Made by a program: the position numbers and the translations under genes. The notes beneath the pieces are model-generated. The model was not told the DNA's origin. It worked only from the letters and a program-made list of their open reading frames with translations, and made no database searches. DNA of 62,982 nt, counting the filler. It is 13 parts of 13 records of this genome, joined end to end, with 100 filler letters (N's around TTAATTAATTAA, not from the genome) between each part and the next. Parts side by side here need not be neighbours in the genome. Positions count along the whole stretch, not along the records: positions 33,516 to 40,125 come from SRR11831586_374; positions 40,226 to 45,126 come from SRR11831586_380; positions 45,227 to 53,650 come from SRR11831586_397; 10 more parts are not named here. One strand, written 5' to 3'. Positions 33,994 to 45,714 of the stretch are shown piece by piece; the stretch's first letter is position 1; each line of letters begins with the position of its first letter.

Positions 33994-34686
33994 GTGAAAC
34001 AAAGCACTATTGCACTGGCACTCTTACCGTTACTGTTTACCCCTGTGACAAAAGCCCGGACACCAGAAATGCCTGTTCTGGAAAACCGGGCTGCTCAGGG
34101 CGATATTACTGCACCCGGCGGTGCTCGCCGTTTAACGGGTGATCAGACTGCCGCTCTGCGTGATTCTCTTAGCGATAAACCTGCAAAAAATATTATTTTG
34201 CTGATTGGCGATGGGATGGGGGACTCGGAAATTACTGCCGCACGTAATTATGCCGAAGGTGCGGGCGGCTTTTTTAAAGGTATAGATGCCTTACCGCTTA
34301 CCGGGCAATACACTCACTATGCGCTGAATAAAAAAACCGGCAAACCGGACTACGTCACCGACTCGGCTGCATCAGCAACCGCCTGGTCAACCGGTGTCAA
34401 AACCTATAACGGCGCGCTGGGCGTCGATATTCACGAAAAAGATCACCCAACGATTCTGGAAATGGCAAAAGCCGCAGGTCTGGCGACCGGTAACGTTTCT
34501 ACCGCAGAGTTGCAGGATGCCACGCCCGCTGCGCTGGTGGCACATGTGACCTCGCGCAAATGCTACGGTCCGAGCGCGACCAGTGAAAAATGTCCGGGTA
34601 ACGCTCTGGAAAAAGGCGGAAAAGGATCGATTACCGACCAGACCGATCTCTTCTACACCATGAAAGCCGCTCTGGGGCTGAAATAA
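33994..34686 (+). pseudogene. phoA: Alkaline phosphatase with a large in-frame internal deletion (230 aa instead of 471)
   Basis: GTG start, signal peptide and DSAAS active-site motif present; KGGKGSIT is fused directly to the C-terminal [16 protein letters not shown]. Confidence 0.95.
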
Positions 34687-34693
34687 AACCGCG

Positions 34694-34729
34694 CCCGGCA
34701 GTGAATTTTCGCTGCCGGGTGGTTTTTTT
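34694..34729 (+). terminator. Hairpin/terminator after phoA
   Basis: CCCGGCAGTGAA...TTCGCTGCCGGG stem followed by T run. Confidence 0.7.
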
Positions 34730-34804
34730 GCTGTTAGCAACCAGACTTAATGGCAGATCACGGGCGCATACGCTCATGGTTAAAACATGAAGAGGGATGG
34801 TGCT

Positions 34805-35125
34805 ATGAAAATAACATTACTGGTTACCTTGCTTTTCGGTCTGGTTTTTTTAACCACCGTCGGCGCTGCCGAGAGAACTTTAACCCCACAACAACAGCGT
34901 ATGACCTCCTGTAATCAGCAGGCGACGGCGCAGGCGTTGAAAGGGGATGCTCGTAAGACCTACATGAGTGATTGCCTGAAGAACAGCAAGTCTGCGCCTG
35001 GCGAAAAAAGTTTGACGCCACAGCAGCAAAAGATGCGCGAATGCAATAATCAAGCAACACAACAATCTCTGAAAGGTGATGATCGTAATAAGTTTATGAG
35101 TGCCTGCCTCAAGAAAGCCGCCTGA
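34805..35125 (+). CDS. psiF: Phosphate-starvation-inducible protein PsiF
   Basis: Signal peptide and two LTPQQQ.M..CN.QA..Q.LKGD.R repeats. Confidence 0.95.
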   Translation: MKITLLVTLLFGLVFLTTVGAAERTLTPQQQRMTSCNQQATAQALKGDARKTYMSDCLKNSKSAPGEKSLTPQQQKMRECNNQATQQSLKGDDRNKFMSACLKKAA

Positions 35126-35226
35126 TACCTGATAGTGCTAACGGGTGAGCTACGAAAATGGCTCACCCGAAATATCATACTTCTGCCTTTAGCTCCGTCT
35201 CTATAATTTGGGAAAATTGTTTCTGA

Positions 35227-36341
35227 ATGTTCCCAAAAATAATGAATGATGAAAACTTTTTCAAAAAAGCGGCGGCGCACGGGGAGGAACCTCCTTTAAC
35301 TCCTCAAAACGAACATCAGCGGTCCGGGCTGCGCTTCGCCCGTCGCGTCAGACTACCCCGTGCGGTTGGCCTGGCTGGCATGTTCTTACCGATTGCTTCA
35401 ACGCTGGTTTCACACCCGCCGCCGGGCTGGTGGTGGCTGGTGTTGGTCGGCTGGGCGTTCGTCTGGCCGCATTTAGCCTGGCAGATAGCGAGCAGGGCCG
35501 TCGATCCGCTTAGCCGGGAAATTTACAACTTAAAAACCGATGCAGTATTAGCGGGAATGTGGGTAGGCGTAATGGGCGTAAACGTGCTGCCTTCCACCGC
35601 GATGTTGATGATTATGTGTCTGAATTTGATGGGGGCAGGCGGCCCCGTCTGTTTGTCGCGGGTCTGGTGTTGATGGTGGTTTCCTGCCTTGTCACCCTCG
35701 AGCTGACGGGCATTACCGTGTCGTTCAATAGTGCGCCGCTGGAATGGTGGCTCTCCCTTCCCATTATTGTCATTTATCCTCTGCTGTTTGGCTGGGTCAG
35801 CTACCAGACGGCAACCAAACTGGCGGAACATAAACGCAGGTTGCAGGTCATGAGTACCCGCGACGGCATGACGGGCGTGTATAACCGACGTCATTGGGAA
35901 ACTATGTTACGCAATGAATTTGATAACTGTCGGCGGCATAATCGCGATGCAACGTTACTGATTATCGATATCGACCATTTCAAGAGCATCAACGATACCT
36001 GGGGCCATGATGTGGGCGATGAAGCGATTGTGGCGCTTACCCGACAGTTACAAATTACCCTGCGCGGTAGCGATGTGATTGGTCGGTTTGGCGGCGATGA
36101 GTTTGCAGTAATCATGTCCGGTACGCCAGCTGAGAGCGCCATTACCGCCATGTTACGGGTGCATGAAGGGCTAAATACATTACGTTTGCCGAATACGCCA
36201 CAGGTAACTTTACGGATTAGTGTGGGGGTTGCGCCGCTGAACCCACAAATGAGTCACTATCGTGAGTGGTTGAAATCGGCAGATTTGGCGCTTTACAAAG
36301 CAAAGAAAGCCGGACGTAACCGCACCGAAGTGGCGGCCTGA
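35227..36341 (+). CDS. dgcC: Diguanylate cyclase (AdrA/YaiC; MASE2 + GGDEF), apparent -1 frameshift near 35643-35646
   Basis: N-terminal membrane part and GGDEF domain are in different frames; break in a C run; span 1115 nt. Confidence 0.92.
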
Positions 36342-36357
36342 CGTCCGGCGAAAGTCA

Positions 36358-37167
36358 TCAGGATTTGCTGAGTTTTTCTGATTTTTCCATACACTTCGTC
36401 ATCGCTTCGATCACTGCAGCACGGAAGCCTTTCTCTTCCAGTACGCGTACCGCTTCAATGGTGGTGCCTCCCGGTGAGCAGACCATATCTTTCAGTGCCC
36501 CCGGATGTTCTCCCGTTTCCAGCACCATTTTTGCGGAACCCATTACCGCCTGAGCGGCAAATTTATACGCCTGGGCGCGTGGCATCCCGCCCAGCACGGC
36601 GGCGTCGGCCATCGCTTCGATAAACATAAATACGTAGGCTGGCGAAGAACCGCTCACACCGACCACCGGGTGGATCATCGGCTCAGCAATTACTTCCGCT
36701 TCGCCAAAGCAGCGGAAAATATTCAGCACATCAGCGGTATCTTCTGGGGTTACCAGCGCGTTTGGCGTTACGGAGGTCATCCCGGCATTAACCAGTGCGG
36801 GAGTGTTCGGCATGGCGCGGATAATTTTCCGGTCATGGCCCAGCGCGCGGGCAAGCTGGTCGAGCGTGACACCTGCAGCAATAGAAACGACCAGAGAGTC
36901 TTTATTCAGGCTGGAGGTGATTTCGCTAAGCACTTTAATCATGATGCCAGGTTTAACGGCAGCAAAAATGATGTCGGCGATTTGCGCCACTTCTTGCGCC
37001 GATTCTGCGGCGTTGATGCCGAACTGGTCATGCAGGGCGGCGACTTTATCCGGGGAGGGGGTGTATACCCAGATTTGCCCTGGAAGCACCTGACCGCTGG
37101 CAATCAGACCGCCGAGAATGGCTTTTCCCATATTGCCGCAGCCAATAAAACCGATTTTCTTTTCCAT
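36358..37167 (-). CDS. proC: Pyrroline-5-carboxylate reductase
   Basis: [14 protein letters not shown] and VCSPGGTT motifs. Confidence 0.97.
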   Translation of the reverse strand: MEKKIGFIGCGNMGKAILGGLIASGQVLPGQIWVYTPSPDKVAALHDQFGINAAESAQEVAQIADIIFAAVKPGIMIKVLSEITSSLNKDSLVVSIAAGVTLDQLARALGHDRKIIRAMPNTPALVNAGMTSVTPNALVTPEDTADVLNIFRCFGEAEVIAEPMIHPVVGVSGSSPAYVFMFIEAMADAAVLGGMPRAQAYKFAAQAVMGSAKMVLETGEHPGALKDMVCSPGGTTIEAVRVLEEKGFRAAVIEAMTKCMEKSEKLSKS

Positions 37168-37286
37168 TGCCTCACTCCTGCCGTGAAATTCATTGTTTTG
37201 ATAATCGCTGGCAGAAGCATAAACAGAACTATGCCGGAAGGCAAAAGCGCGACACAATAGAGGATTACCCAACAAAGGATGACTTT

Positions 37287-37745
37287 ATGACAATTTGGGT
37301 GGATGCCGACGCGTGTCCCAATGTAATTAAAGAGATTTTGTATCGCGCGGCGGAACGTATGCAGATGCCGCTGGTACTGGTAGCAAACCAGAGTTTACGC
37401 GTGCCGCCATCGCGATTTATTCGTACGCTGCGCGTCGCGGCAGGTTTCGACGTTGCCGATAACGAAATTGTCCGGCAGTGTGAAGCGGGCGATTTGGTGA
37501 TCACCGCAGATATACCTTTGGCTGCTGAAGCCATCGAGAAAGGCGCTGCGGCGCTTAATCCGCGCGGCGAACGTTACACGCCAGCGACCATTCGTGAGCG
37601 CCTGACGATGCGCGATTTTATGGATACCTTACGTGCCAGTGGGATCCAGACCGGCGGACCAGATAGCCTTTCACAACGTGACCGCCAGGCCTTTGCCGCG
37701 GAGCTGGAGAAGTGGTGGCTGGAAGTGCAACGTAGTCGTGGCTAA
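37287..37745 (+). CDS. yaiI: UPF0178/DUF188 protein
   Basis: [11 protein letters not shown] start, VITADIPLA motif. Confidence 0.94.
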   Translation: MTIWVDADACPNVIKEILYRAAERMQMPLVLVANQSLRVPPSRFIRTLRVAAGFDVADNEIVRQCEAGDLVITADIPLAAEAIEKGAAALNPRGERYTPATIRERLTMRDFMDTLRASGIQTGGPDSLSQRDRQAFAAELEKWWLEVQRSRG

Positions 37746-37746
37746 A

Positions 37747-37764
37747 TGTAATTTATTATTTACA
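37747..37764. promoter_or_regulatory. TyrR box upstream of aroL
   Basis: TGTAATTTATTATTTACA fits TGTAAA-N6-TTTACA. Confidence 0.7.
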
Positions 37765-37847
37765 CTTCATTCTTGAATATTTATTGGTATAGTAAGGGGT
37801 GTATTGAGATTTTCACTTTAAGTGGAATTTTTTCTTTACAATCGAAA

Positions 37848-37868
37848 TTGTACTAGTTTGATGGTATG
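37848..37868. promoter_or_regulatory. TrpR operator-like site at the aroL promoter
   Basis: GTACTAGTT half-site; aroL is a known TrpR target. Confidence 0.55.
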
Positions 37869-37927
37869 ATCGCTATTCTCATGACACCGGCTTTCGCCGC
37901 ATTGCGACCTATTGGGGAAAACCCACG

Positions 37928-38452
37928 ATGACACAACCTCTTTTTCTGATCGGGCCTCGGGGCTGTGGTAAAACAACGGTCGGAATGGCCCTTGCCGATT
38001 CGCTTAACCGTCGGTTTGTCGATACCGATCAGTGGTTGCAATCACAGCTCAATATGACGGTCGCGGAGATCGTCGAAAGGGAAGAGTGGGCGGGATTTCG
38101 CGCCAGAGAAACGGCGGCGCTGGAAGCGGTAACTGCGCCATCCACCGTTATCGCTACAGGCGGCGGCATTATTCTGACGGAATTTAATCGTCACTTCATG
38201 CAAAATAACGGGATCGTGGTTTATTTGTGTGCGCCAGTATCAGTCCTGGTTAACCGACTGCAAGCTGCACCGGAAGAAGATTTACGGCCAACCTTAACGG
38301 GAAAACCGCTGAGCGAAGAAGTTCAGGAAGTGCTGGAAGAACGCGATGCGCTATATCGCGAAGTTGCGCATATTATCATCGACGCAACAAACGAACCCAG
38401 CCAGGTGATTTCTGAAATTCGCAGCGCCCTGGCACAGACGATCAATTGTTGA
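37928..38452 (+). CDS. aroL: Shikimate kinase II
   Basis: [10 protein letters not shown]-loop and ATGGG motif. Confidence 0.97.
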
Positions 38453-38492
38453 TTTTCGAGCGCCTATACTTAACGTTCATCCCGTGAAATAA

Positions 38493-38693
<201 letters not shown>

Positions 38694-38950
38694 CCGCATC
38701 AGACTGCTCGGAAGGGATTCTGAGTGCCACTACAAGGGATCTGCGTCACATTTTTCATAATTCATGTTTTTCTAATAATTAGAATATTAAACAATAACAA
38801 TCCATTACTGGAATCATTTGGAATCTTTACATTATGCCGTGCACGTCTGCTGCTACGCTTTTTGTCATTTGTAGCACAAGTAAGTGTCAGCAGTGGTGCT
38901 TCACACTTGCCCGGTAATTAACGACGAAAGAAAAGTAAGGTGGATGAACA

Positions 38951-39628
38951 ATGAGTGCGTCGTTGGCGATCCTGACCATCGGCATTGTACCTATGCAGGA
39001 AGTTTTGCCGCTCCTGACGGAATACATTGACGAAGATAATATTTCCCATCATAGCCTGCTGGGGAAGTTAAGTCGTGAAGAAGTGATGGCGGAGTACGCG
39101 CCAGAAGCAGGCGAAGACACCATTCTCACATTATTAAATGACAACCAGCTGGCCCATGTTTCGCGTCGCAAAGTGGAGCGTGACCTGCAAGGTGTGGTTG
39201 AAGTGCTCGATAATCAGGGTTATGACGTCATTTTATTAATGAGTACAGCAAACATTAGTAGTATGACTGCGCGTAATACGATCTTTCTTGAGCCGTCGCG
39301 AATATTGCCTCCACTGGTTTCCTCTATTGTTGAAGATCATCAGGTGGGGGTTATCGTTCCGGTTGAGGAGATGCTGCCCGTTCAGGCGCAAAAATGGCAA
39401 ATTTTGCAGAAATCGCCGGTATTTTCATTGGGTAACCCCATTCATGATTCAGAACAAAAAATCATTGATGCCGGGAAAGAATTACTGGCAAAAGGGGCTG
39501 ATGTCATCATGCTGGATTGTTTAGGATTTCACCAACGTCATCGCGATTTACTGCAAAAACAGCTCGATGTTCCTGTCTTGCTGTCTAACGTATTGATTGC
39601 ACGGCTGGCTGCGGAATTACTGGTGTAA
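38951..39628 (+). CDS. aroM: AroM protein
   Basis: VIMLDCLGF motif, 225 aa. Confidence 0.93.
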
Positions 39629-39699
39629 TTTTGCGTGACAGCCAGCGCCTCTGGCCCCTATAGTGAAGTAGATGTTCAACTACCAAACAGGGCCAGTTT

Positions 39700-39984
39700 A
39701 TGCTTCAAAGTAATGAGTACTTTTCCGGCAAAGTGAAATCAATCGGCTTTTCCAGCAGCAGCACTGGTCGCGCCAGCGTGGGTGTTATGGTTGAAGGCGA
39801 ATACACCTTCAGCACCGCTGAGCCGGAAGAGATGACGGTAATCAGTGGCGCGCTGAATGTGTTACTGCCTGACGCGACCGACTGGCAGGTGTATGAAGCC
39901 GGTTCGGTGTTTAATGTTCCCGGTCACAGTGAGTTTCATCTGCAAGTTGCCGAACCCACCTCTTATCTGTGCCGCTATCTGTAA
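39700..39984 (+). CDS. ppnP: Pyrimidine/purine nucleoside phosphorylase (YaiE)
   Basis: [17 protein letters not shown] cupin, 94 aa. Confidence 0.95.
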
Positions 39985-39990
39985 TTCCTC

Positions 39991-40019
39991 GCCTTCCCCT
40001 TGAACGGGAGGGCATTTTT
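39991..40019 (+). terminator. Intrinsic terminator after ppnP
   Basis: GCCTTCCC...GGGAGGGC stem followed by ATTTTT. Confidence 0.65.
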
Positions 40020-40227
40020 CTGAAATATCCTTTCTTTAGCCCATAATAATATTTCCTTTGCTGCGATTTTTTCAATTTCCGATATATTCATAATTTATCA
40101 AGGTTGATATAAATATCAGTGAAGANNNNNNNNNNNNNNNNNNNNNNNNNNNNNNNNNNNNNNNNNNNNTTAATTAATTAANNNNNNNNNNNNNNNNNNN
40201 NNNNNNNNNNNNNNNNNNNNNNNNNAA

Positions 40228-40278
40228 ACACACACACGTACACGCACACACACATACTCTCACACACACACACACACA
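40228..40278. repeat. Imperfect (CA)n microsatellite at contig start
   Basis: Interrupted AC runs. Confidence 0.85.
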
Positions 40279-40287
40279 TGCACGTAC

Positions 40288-41062
40288 CGGGAAGTTAGTG
40301 TGCTTGAGATACCACTTGACCATCGTCACAGTCACGTCGGACCCCACAGACACCAACGCACTCTCATCATTCACAGCGTTCCCGCTGCTAGCCCCCACAC
40401 CCACAGACGTGGTGCGCACAGAGGACTCGGCATGTGCAACAGCAGACCCGGGGGCATTCACAAGATGAGGGGAGACAAACACGCTGTCTGAGGGCCCAGC
40501 CACGCTGTGCGAGGACGGCAGCGGCCCATTGCGGCAGACCAGCCGATCAGTTCCGTTCGATGGGGACTCATGCGACGCAGCAGGGGGTGCTGCTGATACG
40601 GACGGGATGGACTGCAAAAACTCTGAGGATGCGATCACGGTGGACGTAAGCTGATTCGGACCAAGTACGGGCACGGGCTTGCGAATGCTCTGCATGACGC
40701 ACAAAACACCGCGCATGAGAGAACTCCTCTTCGGATCGGGATTGCAATAATGTGTACCATTGGCATCGGGCTCTGGCTGACAAGTTGGTCGAATTCACGC
40801 AGAATCTGCATGGGACCTCGCACAGCAATGGGCGTAGCAAATGTGGCTCCCCGAACCGGAGACACAGGGATCGGCTTGTTACTCGCCTGAATCAGCCCTG
40901 CAGGTACTGCGGACGGAAGTCAAGACACAGCGCAAACATTAAGAAAGTCGATGGCGGTTTCAAGAATATACCTCTGTCTCCCCACACTCGTGGGCGCGGA
41001 GAAGTGAGCGCGAGTGGGTTCGCATCGAAGATCTTCCCCGTACGCAGTGGGTCCTCGGACAT
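40288..41062 (-). CDS. Hypothetical Ser/Pro-rich eukaryotic protein, 3'-truncated; tentative exons 41062-40972, 40906-40758, 40689-40288
   Basis: Phase-consistent GT-AG introns give an open frame MSEDPLRTGK...WYLKHTNFP; no recognisable domain. Confidence 0.45.
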
Positions 41063-41378
41063 GACTCACAGAAATAAGAGGCCGAGCTCGAGCCTGGATT
41101 TGCGAGTAGGCCGAGTCGGACACGACTGCTATCAGCAACCAGCGCAATGTCTTCGTGGCGGCTCTGAAGCGCAGAAGATGTCCTCTTGATGAAGCCAGAA
41201 TCTTCATCGAAGTTTCATTTGGGAACAGGCCGCTTGCCCCGGTACGTTCCTCGATTGCTCTCCTAAGTCCTAACCAACACTGAAACTCTGTCATTGATTA
41301 TCATCTTAGGACGGTCTTGTGCAGTTCGATATTGTTTATTGTTAGCCATCTTGTTTTTATTTGACAATTGGACCCGTC

Positions 41379-41900
41379 ATGCTGCGAACATCTTTGGCTG
41401 CGTTTTCTCGTGCTCTTCGGGTTCGGAGTCTTCACACAGAAACACTCAAGACGCCTGCCGCTGCTTCGTCATCCGTGCCAACTCGGAAGGCATGTTGCTC
41501 AATTTCGGTTGCACACGCGAGAGACTAACCGAGCTTTGTCCAGCTTAAAAATGACAAGTTGCCCATTGAAATGATCGCTGAGGAGCCGCCTATCGCTGTT
41601 CCAGCTCGCGAAGTGTGGTGTGATGGGGGTACGTGCGTCTCTGTTTGTGTATTTCCCTGTGTATGGCCGTGTGCCTTCCTGCTGAGATTATCGGACGCAT
41701 TCACATCGTTCAGCTGCCAAGTCCCCCTGCTACAGCGCATTCTCGTATTCTGTCTCCTCCCATCGGCCTTGGAGCTCATTTTTGTTGCGTGCGTAGGCAA
41801 GCTCATGGGGCATCCTCGTGTATACATCAATCTCGATAAGGACGATCCGCATCCGTGCCTGTACTGTGGCAAGCGCTACGTAAAAGCGCACCACCACTGA
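41379..41900 (+). CDS. NDUFS6: Mitochondrial complex I zinc-finger subunit (NDUFS6/13 kDa-A, zf-CHCC); exons 41379-41489, 41544-41628, 41797-41900
   Basis: Arg/Ser-rich presequence MLRTSLAAFSRALRVRSLH; IAEEPPI, CDGG..MGHPRVYINLD and CLYCG motifs. Confidence 0.88.
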
Positions 41901-42542
41901 GCCAAAAACACGTACATGAACACGTGACATCACACACTGTAAGACACACAGAATGTCTGTGCTGTGGAGTGTGTGTGCTGTATGTTGTTGTATGGTGACG
42001 GGCTGTGTGCAAGCGTGGATGTAACAGCAGGAGAAGATTGTGATTATGTATTCGCTCGTGTACTGTTGTTGTCTTTGGGCGCCGTCTGTATGTGGGTTTT
42101 AGTTAGGAAAATCATTTCCGCCGCATGTGAGAGTGTTGTACGTGTGTGTATGCGGAATCCTACTTTATGTGAACTGGACTAGTAAACGGATGTGCCATCA
42201 TGTGCTGCACTAATCAATGTGTCTGTGACAGACTGTGTGTTCCAGTTTAATCCTTCACCTGCTCCGTTTAAGTGTGCCTGCGCTTCTATGGAGGAGAGAC
42301 TGCGCGCACAGCATCAGCAACAACAAGATGCAATGTGTGAACACAACGGACCACATAAGTTTGATAGAAGTCAAAAATTTATGTGATCGCCCTTCGTTAT
42401 AGTCACATACCGTGCGTCATAGAGGCCTACACCCCACATCATCACACCACTCCCTCCACACAACCGTAATAACCGCACACAAGAAACTCCTCCACCATTC
42501 CCAACACAACACACACACTTTCTCTCTCTCCTTGTATCACAC

Positions 42543-43339
42543 TTACTGGGTGTGTGTGGCCTCCTCCGCAGCGATCTTCTGCTCCTCCTGGCGCGCAATC
42601 ACCGCCAGCTCGGACTCAGCCTTCAAGCGGGCCTCCGTCGCAGCCTTGGTCATCGTGAGTTCCCAGCCGCCGAGCACGCAGAACAGCAGCACGCCCACGA
42701 AGAAGAACGAGAACGAGCCGATCCAGCCGGCCATCAGGTAGAAGTGGATGTTGGCAAACAGGGGCGTCGCCACGCAGCCCGCGGTGGGCAGGGCACCGGC
42801 CGAGTTGGGCTGCCATGCGCGTGCGGAGCCGACGATCCACAACACAAAGCTCGTGATCTCACCTGCAACCCACAGCGCGGCGAAGAGCCAGCCGAGGGCG
42901 GTGTACACCTTGTTGGTCTCCACCTTGCCGGTGACAGGGTCCCTGCAAACCACGCAAAAGAGAGGCATGAGAGGGAAGGTCTCACAGTGAGTGTGGCGTG
43001 GAGAAAACGTACCGAACGGAGGCTTTGGAGGCGAAGAAGAAGACACCGATGTCGATCAAGCAAACAATCAGGTTGGTGATACCGCAGCCCTACAACCACA
43101 GAGGTGAGAAACGAACCCCAATACAGTTTGCGCGCAAACGCATACCAGCAAGATGGAGCCAAAGTCCTGTGTGCAGCCAGTTCCGGTGGTGTACGACAAG
43201 GAGTAGAACAAGACACCGATAATACCAAACCCAAGGTTGAAAACGCTGTGCACAGCGGTGAACTTCAAGATGGTGCCCAATCTGCTCGAAAACAGGGTCA
43301 GCACACATAAAACTCCCCGCCAAGCACATACTCAATCAT
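42543..43339 (-). CDS. Four-transmembrane protein of unknown function (206 aa); exons 43339-43332, 43281-43146, 43089-43013, 42942-42543
   Basis: Three GT-AG introns in consistent phase (621 nt total), four hydrophobic segments, charged helical C-terminal tail. Confidence 0.65.
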
Positions 43340-43631
43340 TCTCCAGAAGTGCAACGCTCACCGACCGCCAAGAAGGAACAGATACAAGGGTCCCCAGCGT
43401 TGTGGGTGCTGCCCTGTGTGTGATTTCGTGCCCCAAACGAGGTATGGAGATGGTAGCAAGAGGCGCACAACGCAGCTATACAACAAGGCTACCAACAAAT
43501 CTCCAGCCGACGCTGCACAGCGGCATACACCAAAAAGTTAGAGTACAGGGGGGTCGTCGCGCGCATCGATACCTTCGGTCATTCGTGCGTGGTGTGAGTT
43601 TCTTCCATGTGGCGTCGTTCCTATATTTAGC

Positions 43632-45126
43632 ATGGATAAGTCGCTCTGGCGGAGTTTTTCCAGCCCAGATGCGAGATTTTCTGCTTTCGAATGGGGCAAA
43701 TTACGGCGGGTACTCATATTTGCCAGACCGTTCTACCCTAGAATCGCAACTGCTTTAGCCTTTGTGATTGTCCTCAAGTTCATTGGTCTCGCACCCCCAA
43801 TGTTGATTCGTGTTTTCATGGACGAGGCGTTGCCGCAGAAAGACTCGTATCTCGTCTCTCTGATTGCACTGGGGCTTGTTATTGTACCCGTTATTCGAGA
43901 GGGATGTCACATGGCGGTCAAGTACAGTACATCGTCGGTTGCCGCGGGTCTTACTTCGCATCTCCGGCAGATTATGTACGAACATTATCAGAAGATGTCT
44001 CTGCGCTTCTTCATTCAAACGCGGAAAGGCGAAATCTTGTCGCGATTGGGCGAGGATGTCGGAAACGCTGAAGGTGCCATCACTGGCCCTATGATTGAGA
44101 CATGGAGTAACGTGGTCGCGTTGTTGGTGGCGGTGGGTGCTATGATCTCCATCGATCTTCCACTCACGCTGCTGGCGATGCTGCTGTTTCCCGTCTTTTT
44201 CATCCCCATCCGGCGTCTCGGGGCGGTCGTCAAGCTCGTCACGAAGGAGTACATGACTGCGCGGCAAGGTCTGAGTACGCTCGCTGCGGAAACGCTCTCC
44301 GTGGATGGCGCCATGATGACCAAGCTATTCGCACTGCAGTCCTCCAACAACACCAAATACCGCGAGCGCAACCGAGAAAGGAAGGAGGCGGCGCTTCGCT
44401 CGCGTCGTGTCTCTCTGGTTCTGAATGCGCTGTTTGCGTTGATGGCCTCTGTGGGCACTGCGCTCGTGTACTGGTACGGCGGGCATGCGGTGCTGCGGGG
44501 CGGCATGACAGCAGGCACCTTGCTCGCGTTCACAACGTACCTGGGCCAGCTATACGGGCCCGTCTCTGCGCTGCTCAACACATACACGGAGCTCATCAAG
44601 AGCATCGCGTGCTTTGATCGCGTGTTTGATGTGCTCGACCTGCCGATCGAGATTAAGGACTGCCCGGATGGACTCAATATCGCACGCTTTATCGCGGATG
44701 ACCCTCTGCGGGCCGACGTTGTCTTTGAGAACGTGTGGTTCAGCTACGCAGGCGGAGGTATCACACGGCTCACCACCACGGAACGCCTCCGTAAATCCCA
44801 GGTCACCGCGAGCGGGGCCAAGCTGTCGGACGAAGCATCTGTGCCCTCATCTGCATGGGGTCGGGAGTGGGCCCTCGAGAACGTCTCACTGCGTATCCCC
44901 GCAGGCAGCCTGTGTGCGGTGGTAGGGCGGTCCGGATCGGGTAAATCCTCGCTGATCTCACTCATTCCGCGCTTGTATGACTGCACGCGGGGGTCTGTTT
45001 CCGTGGCTGGGGTGGACGTTCGCAGTGTGCCTATGGACGTGCTCGCGTCCACGATCAGCGTGGTCCCACAGGACGGCGTGCTGTTCAATGACACGGTGGC
45101 GGTCAACTTGCGCTTTGCCAAACCGG
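43632..45126 (+). CDS. Half-size ABC exporter (6-TM domain + NBD), intronless, 3'-truncated
   Basis: TM domain with GEILSRL and MTAGTLLAF, Walker A GRSGSGKS, Q-loop VVPQD. Confidence 0.9.
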
Positions 45127-45226
45127 NNNNNNNNNNNNNNNNNNNNNNNNNNNNNNNNNNNNNNNNNNNNTTAATTAATTAANNNNNNNNNNNNNNNNNN
45201 NNNNNNNNNNNNNNNNNNNNNNNNNN

Positions 45227-45714
45227 TTATTGCCGGATTACATCATCAGGATATTGTCTGGACAACAGAATTCATGTTTAACGCGCTGCGTGCGCGATAT
45301 ACCGAGCAATCATTATATAAATATTATCTGCATAATACGTCAGTGAGTCGGTTGCATAGACAAGGGAATAAAAACCTTAATTATCAACGTCACTATATTA
45401 AGATTACCCGCCTGCTGGAGAAATTAAATCGAAATTATGCCGACAAAATTATGATTTATCCGGAATTTCATCAGCAAATAACTTACGAGGCATTGCGTGT
45501 TTGCCATGCGGTGCGCAAAGAGCCGGATATTCTTACCCGCCAACGGATGATTGCCGAGATATTTACTTCCGGTATGTATAAGCGCCTGATTACCAATGTG
45601 CGCAGCGTGAAGGTCGGTTACCAGGCGTTACTGTGGTCTTTCCGCTTATGGCAATGGCGCGACAAAACGCGGTCGCACCATCGCATTACGCGTAGCGCCT
45701 TTAATTTGCGCTAG
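45227..45714 (+). CDS. waaH: LPS glucuronic acid transferase (YibD), 3' part only
   Basis: GT2-like C-terminal part, convergent with yibQ as in E. coli. Confidence 0.85.

Noticed and set aside
40920-41294. 124-aa minus-strand ORF
   Set aside because: No motif; overlaps a better phase-consistent spliced model starting at 41062 in another frame
41559-41900. 113-aa single-exon ORF for the zinc-finger protein
   Set aside because: It reads through a stop-free 168-nt GT-AG intron (41629-41796); splicing restores the CDGG..GHP motif spacing
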